Assembly (NCBI RefSeq): GCF_004799495.1
Contig: NZ_SSMY01000008.1
Span: forward strand, 215,690-279,689
Reading direction: 5' to 3'
From: Sphingomonas sp.
Lineage (GTDB): Bacteria > Pseudomonadota > Alphaproteobacteria > Sphingomonadales > Sphingomonadaceae
DNA: 64,000 bases
Shown: positions 62,346-64,000 of the stretch, in pieces
Numbering within the stretch: position 1 is the first letter of the stretch
Layout: the number at the start of each line of letters is the position of its first letter
The notes under the pieces: generated by a model
Told to the model about the DNA's origin: nothing
The model's database searches: none
The model's input: the letters and a program-made list of their open reading frames with translations, nothing else
Position numbers and translations under genes: made by a program

Positions 62346-63506
62346 ATGCAGTTGAGCAACGAAGAGGCGGTGGCGCTGGTCCGGCGCGGGGTGGAGGCGC
62401 TCCAGCAGGGACGCGCGGCCGAAGCGCGGCGCTGTTTCGAACGCGTGACGCAGACGGGGCGCGCGAACGTCCAGATCTGGCTGCTCCACGCGACCGCGTG
62501 CCGGGCGGACGGTGATGCGGCGGCCGAGGAAGAGGCGATCAACCAGCTCCTGCTGATCGAGCCGGCACTGATCCGCGCGCACATCATGAAGGCCGATTGC
62601 CGCAGCCGCGCCGGCGACGAACAGGGCGCGCTCAAATTCTACGAAAGCGCGATCCGCGTCGCCGAAGGACAGCAGGTCGCCGACGATCTGCTTCCCGAGC
62701 TTCGCCGTGCGGAAACGACACTGGCGGAATCGTATGCGCGGCTCGACGCCGGGCGCGAGGCGGCGCTGACCGCACGAGGATTTGGCCCCGGCGCGCGCAG
62801 CCCGCGCTTCCAGCAATCGCTCGACATTTCGGCGGGCCGGAAGAAAATCTTCCTGCAGGAACCGACATCTTATTATTTTCCGGGGCTGCCGCAGATCCAG
62901 TTTTTCGACACCGCCGCGTTCGACTGGGTGCCGGCGGTCGAGGCCGCGACCGATGCGATCCGCGCCGAACTGCAGGCGGTGCTGGCCGATGGTGCCGACG
63001 GGTTCAGGCCCTACCTCCACCACAACCCCGACCGGCCGCGCCCGAGCAACAAGGCGCTGGTCGACAGCGCCGATTGGAGCGCGCTGTTCCTGTGCGAGAA
63101 TGGCGTCGCGAACGACGCGTTCGTCGCGCGCTGTCCGCAGACCTGGGCGGCGGTGCAGGCGGCGCCGATGCCGCGCATCGCCAATTCGCCGACGGTGATG
63201 TTTTCGTTGTTGGCGCCGGGCGCGCGGATCGGGGCGCATTGCGGCATGTTCAACACGCGGCTGGTGTGCCACTTGCCGCTGATCGTCCCGCCCAAATGCG
63301 GCTTTCGCGTCGGCAACGAGGTGCGCGAATGGCAGGAGGGCCGGTTGCTGATCTTCGACGATTCGATCGAGCACGAAGCGTGGAACGACAGTGACCGTGA
63401 CCGCGTCGTGCTGATCTTCGACGTGTGGCGCCCCGAGCTGAGCGCGCAGGAGCGTAACGAGGTCGGTGCGTTGTTCAGCGGGCCGCTGGCGCAGCCGGCG
63501 AACTAA
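62346..63506 (+). CDS. TPR plus aspartyl/asparaginyl beta-hydroxylase domain protein
   Basis: N-terminal TPR-like helices; MFSLLAPG..I..HCG..N.RL.CHLPL, FDDSIEHEAWN, R.VLIFDVW.P. Confidence 0.88.
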   Translation: MQLSNEEAVALVRRGVEALQQGRAAEARRCFERVTQTGRANVQIWLLHATACRADGDAAAEEEAINQLLLIEPALIRAHIMKADCRSRAGDEQGALKFYESAIRVAEGQQVADDLLPELRRAETTLAESYARLDAGREAALTARGFGPGARSPRFQQSLDISAGRKKIFLQEPTSYYFPGLPQIQFFDTAAFDWVPAVEAATDAIRAELQAVLADGADGFRPYLHHNPDRPRPSNKALVDSADWSALFLCENGVANDAFVARCPQTWAAVQAAPMPRIANSPTVMFSLLAPGARIGAHCGMFNTRLVCHLPLIVPPKCGFRVGNEVREWQEGRLLIFDDSIEHEAWNDSDRDRVVLIFDVWRPELSAQERNEVGALFSGPLAQPAN

Positions 63507-64000
63507 GCTGCTTCGTCGGCGTCGAGCCCGTAGGCGGTATGCAGCACACGCACCGCGAGCTCGGTCTCGTCCTCGTGGATCAGCACGCTGACCTTGATCT
63601 CGCTGGTCGAGATCGCCTGGATGTTGATCCCGCGCGCGCCGAGCGTCGTGAACATCGTGCTCGCCACACCCGCATGGCTCTTCATCCCGACGCCGATCAC
63701 CGAGATCTTGGCGACGCGGGTGTCGTGGACCAGTTCGTCGAAGCCGATGGCGTCCTTCGCCTCGTTGAGCGCCTGGATGGAGCGCGCGAGGTCGACCGCG
63801 GGCACCGTGAACGTCACGTCGGTCGCCGCCTTGTGGTCGGCGGTCTGGTGCGCGATGTTCTGGATGATCATGTCGACGTTGATGCTGGCGGCGGCAAGCG
63901 GCGCGAAGATCGCGGCGACCGATCCGGGCGTGTCGCTGACGTTGGTCAGCGTGATCTTCGCCTCGTTCTTGTCGTGCGCGATCCCGGTGATCAGCTGGCG
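63503..64000 (-). CDS. lysC: Aspartate kinase, 3' part (ACT domains); gene runs off the window end
   Basis: ITGIAHDKNEAKI, INVDMIIQN, KISVIGVGM.SH.GVA..MF, ISTSEIKVSVLI, LHTAYGL. Confidence 0.96.
   Translation of the reverse strand, partial: RQLITGIAHDKNEAKITLTNVSDTPGSVAAIFAPLAAASINVDMIIQNIAHQTADHKAATDVTFTVPAVDLARSIQALNEAKDAIGFDELVHDTRVAKISVIGVGMKSHAGVASTMFTTLGARGINIQAISTSEIKVSVLIHEDETELAVRVLHTAYGLDADEAA

Overview
High-GC alphaproteobacterial chromosome segment, most likely Sphingomonas or a close sphingomonad (inferred from gene content, gene order and repeat style). It is mostly core genome, with about 65 tightly packed CDSs. Recognisable blocks are DUF3572/divK/rpmG, rnd-lptCAB-rpoN, rpmF-plsX-fabH-ihfA-merR, prfC, rpmI-rplT-(GNAT)-pheST, cpoB-tilS-ftsH, ptsP-rodZ and a partial lysC. 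I saw no rRNA, tRNA, CRISPR array, integrase or transposase. Most notable: (1) all four members of the ligase-associated DNA-repair set (ATP-dependent ligase, MBL/beta-CASP nuclease, Lhr-core helicase, PdeM/MPE) are present but dispersed over 22 kb, and the ligase has an EcfG-type stress promoter; (2) a small Hpt-like protein with the phospho-His replaced by Asp sits behind a CtrA-like box close to divK; (3) there are several palindromic elements, including one inserted in frame in pheS; (4) a PadR/membrane-protein/YdeI module and a TetR/TonB-receptor/MFS module each have a readable operator over a sigma70 promoter. Functional calls come from motif recognition by eye, not database searches.
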